A stretch of DNA of 64,000 bases from a virus (lineage: Duplodnaviria > Caudoviricetes), in IMG/VR virus record IMGVR_UViG_3300044676_005314, positions 7,807 through 71,806 of that record; one strand, given 5' to 3'. Shown piece after piece: positions 62,787-64,000 of the stretch. The translations under genes and the position numbers were made by a program. The first letter of the stretch is position 1; each line of letters begins with the position of its first letter. The notes below the pieces were generated by a model. It was not told the DNA's origin and searched no databases. It saw only the letters and a list, made by a program, of their open reading frames with translations.

Positions 62787-63012
62787 GGGTGGGCCCAAGT
62801 TAAATACACTTACCTCAGTCTTTCGACACAGATAGATTTTTCACCTATCTAGGTTCAGCTTCTTTCCCACTAAGGCCGGTGAAACGGGGACTACCGAAGT
62901 TATATGGTAGTACACTATCCCCTTGCCTGCGAACTATAACAGACTTGCAGTTCAACTGCCCAGTTTAGCTACTGAGAAGCATCTCAGTGTATCAGAAAGG
63001 AGGAACCCACCC
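62787..63012 (-). ncRNA. putative structured ncRNA (RNA-D, about 226 nt)
   Basis: GC-rich, ORF-free; closing helix GGGTGGGTTC/GGGCCCACCC (two G-U, minus strand only), GTC-GAAA-GAC and four more hairpins. Confidence 0.5.
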
Positions 63013-63019
63013 TTACAAC

Positions 63020-63403
63020 TCAAAGAATGTCTTTTTCGTCCTCTTGCAGCATCATTTGTGCTACTGTTATTCTTCTACTTCCAAGTTTGGCTAACTCTTT
63101 AACCATTTCAATGAACACATTTAATTGCCCGGTTCTAAATTTATAGATAGGATGTTTGGTCTTACCAATGTCAATACCGCTTTCAAACTTTTTACAGTAC
63201 ATCTCAATCTCTTTAGCTCTTGCGTAGTAAGCTACTGCTAGCTCATACATTGTAGATACACCGTTAGATACGGGTGTTTCTTCTCTACCAAAGATAACAT
63301 TGTTGTAAGACTGAAGCTCACGTTCAAAGTTCCTAATCTGTTCCATAGAGGCACCTATGTTCTCTATTTCGTTAAACTGTACCGGTAGTAAGTTATTTTT
63401 CAT
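63020..63403 (-). CDS. hypothetical helical protein
   Basis: AAGGAG RBS. Confidence 0.75.
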   Translation of the reverse strand: MKNNLLPVQFNEIENIGASMEQIRNFERELQSYNNVIFGREETPVSNGVSTMYELAVAYYARAKEIEMYCKKFESGIDIGKTKHPIYKFRTGQLNVFIEMVKELAKLGSRRITVAQMMLQEDEKDIL

Positions 63404-63538
63404 TATTCTCCTTGTCTATAATATATCCATAGAGAAAGTTTAAATACTGAGTTCGCTTTTCTGCAGGTACCCAACTGTTAATAATGACAGCGACAAACAT
63501 CAAAAGTTTTTTGATTTTCCTGTCAGCAGCTTGTTCGT

Positions 63539-63775
63539 TCATTCTTCCTCTCTTAGCACCATCACATATTGGTCTTGTAGTTCAATGAGGTGGTCTTCAT
63601 ATTGTAGCACATATTTTTCTACCTTGCTTAGTGTGTCAGACAAAATAAACTTGGCAGTTCTTGCATCGGGCTCGGGAATCTTCATCAGCTCTTGTTCAAA
63701 TTCTCTTAGCTCATCAATTATTTCTGTTAGTTCATCTATAGATTCTAGTAGTTCAATTAAAAGTATTGGTCTCAT
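63539..63775 (-). CDS. acidic coiled-coil hypothetical protein
   Basis: open frame, first gene inward of the right repeat. Confidence 0.65.
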   Translation of the reverse strand: MRPILLIELLESIDELTEIIDELREFEQELMKIPEPDARTAKFILSDTLSKVEKYVLQYEDHLIELQDQYVMVLREEE

Positions 63776-63814
63776 CTAATAATTATAAACCATAATTTAG
63801 AAATCACATAAGTT

Positions 63815-64000
63815 AAATAGTTATATTCTTATAGTTAATATGTCTAGTTATATTAGTATAGTTATAGTGTCATCAGCGGTACTACGGTAGTCTCAAATTC
63901 ATACTACAGTAGTGTCAGAATCATACTACGGTAGTGTCAAAACTGAACTACACAATATATAGTGGTGTCAAAAAAACATACTAAATATAGTGGTATATAC
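63815..64000 (-). repeat. right copy of the inverted repeat (truncated by the window end)
   Basis: reverse complement of 8279-8463 including all iterons. Confidence 0.95.

Noticed and set aside
62830-62885. Cobalamin riboswitch (GGGAA and GGTGAAAAATC words)
   Set aside because: The CCCGC-ACTG B12 box is missing and no gene lies downstream in a regulable position.
1-64000. tRNA genes, integrase/repressor, stop-codon reassignment
   Set aside because: No cloverleaf with a T-loop was seen, no recombinase motifs were found, and core genes are full length under the standard code.

Overview
A 64-kb piece of an AT-rich tailed dsDNA phage with a siphovirus-type plan: HK97-fold head, tape measure, non-contractile tail and very large fibres. 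The host is inferred, not shown, to be a low-GC Actinomycetota (Acidimicrobiia-like), from the many leaderless genes, an r1t-type holin and the ferredoxin type. Layout: (1) 1-8.3 kb, an early-type region of tandem and back-to-back sigma70 promoters driving an ArdC-like gene, micro-genes and several ORF-free structured transcripts; (2) terS, an iteron plus AT-rich origin-like element, two possible replication genes and small genes (7.4-12.8 kb); (3) terL, portal, protease, capsid, neck and tail (12.9-46 kb), interrupted by a self-promoted cassette at 20.2-22.8 kb; (4) a run of 2OG-Fe(II) oxygenase-like genes plus a ferredoxin (47.5-53.4 kb); (5) lysis genes, a large membrane-anchored protein, a Gnt1/GT60-like glycosyltransferase and an SNase-like nuclease; (6) a second, inverted copy of the origin-like element cut by the window end. 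I recognised no integrase, repressor, DNA polymerase, tRNA or CRISPR array. The three best candidates for something new: a protein prolyl-hydroxylation/O-GlcNAcylation pathway beside a Pro/Asn/His-rich fibre insert; an origin-like element duplicated as an inverted repeat about 55 kb apart; and a set of promoter-driven 230-430 nt structured RNAs. All family calls come from motifs read by eye; no database search or folding program was run.
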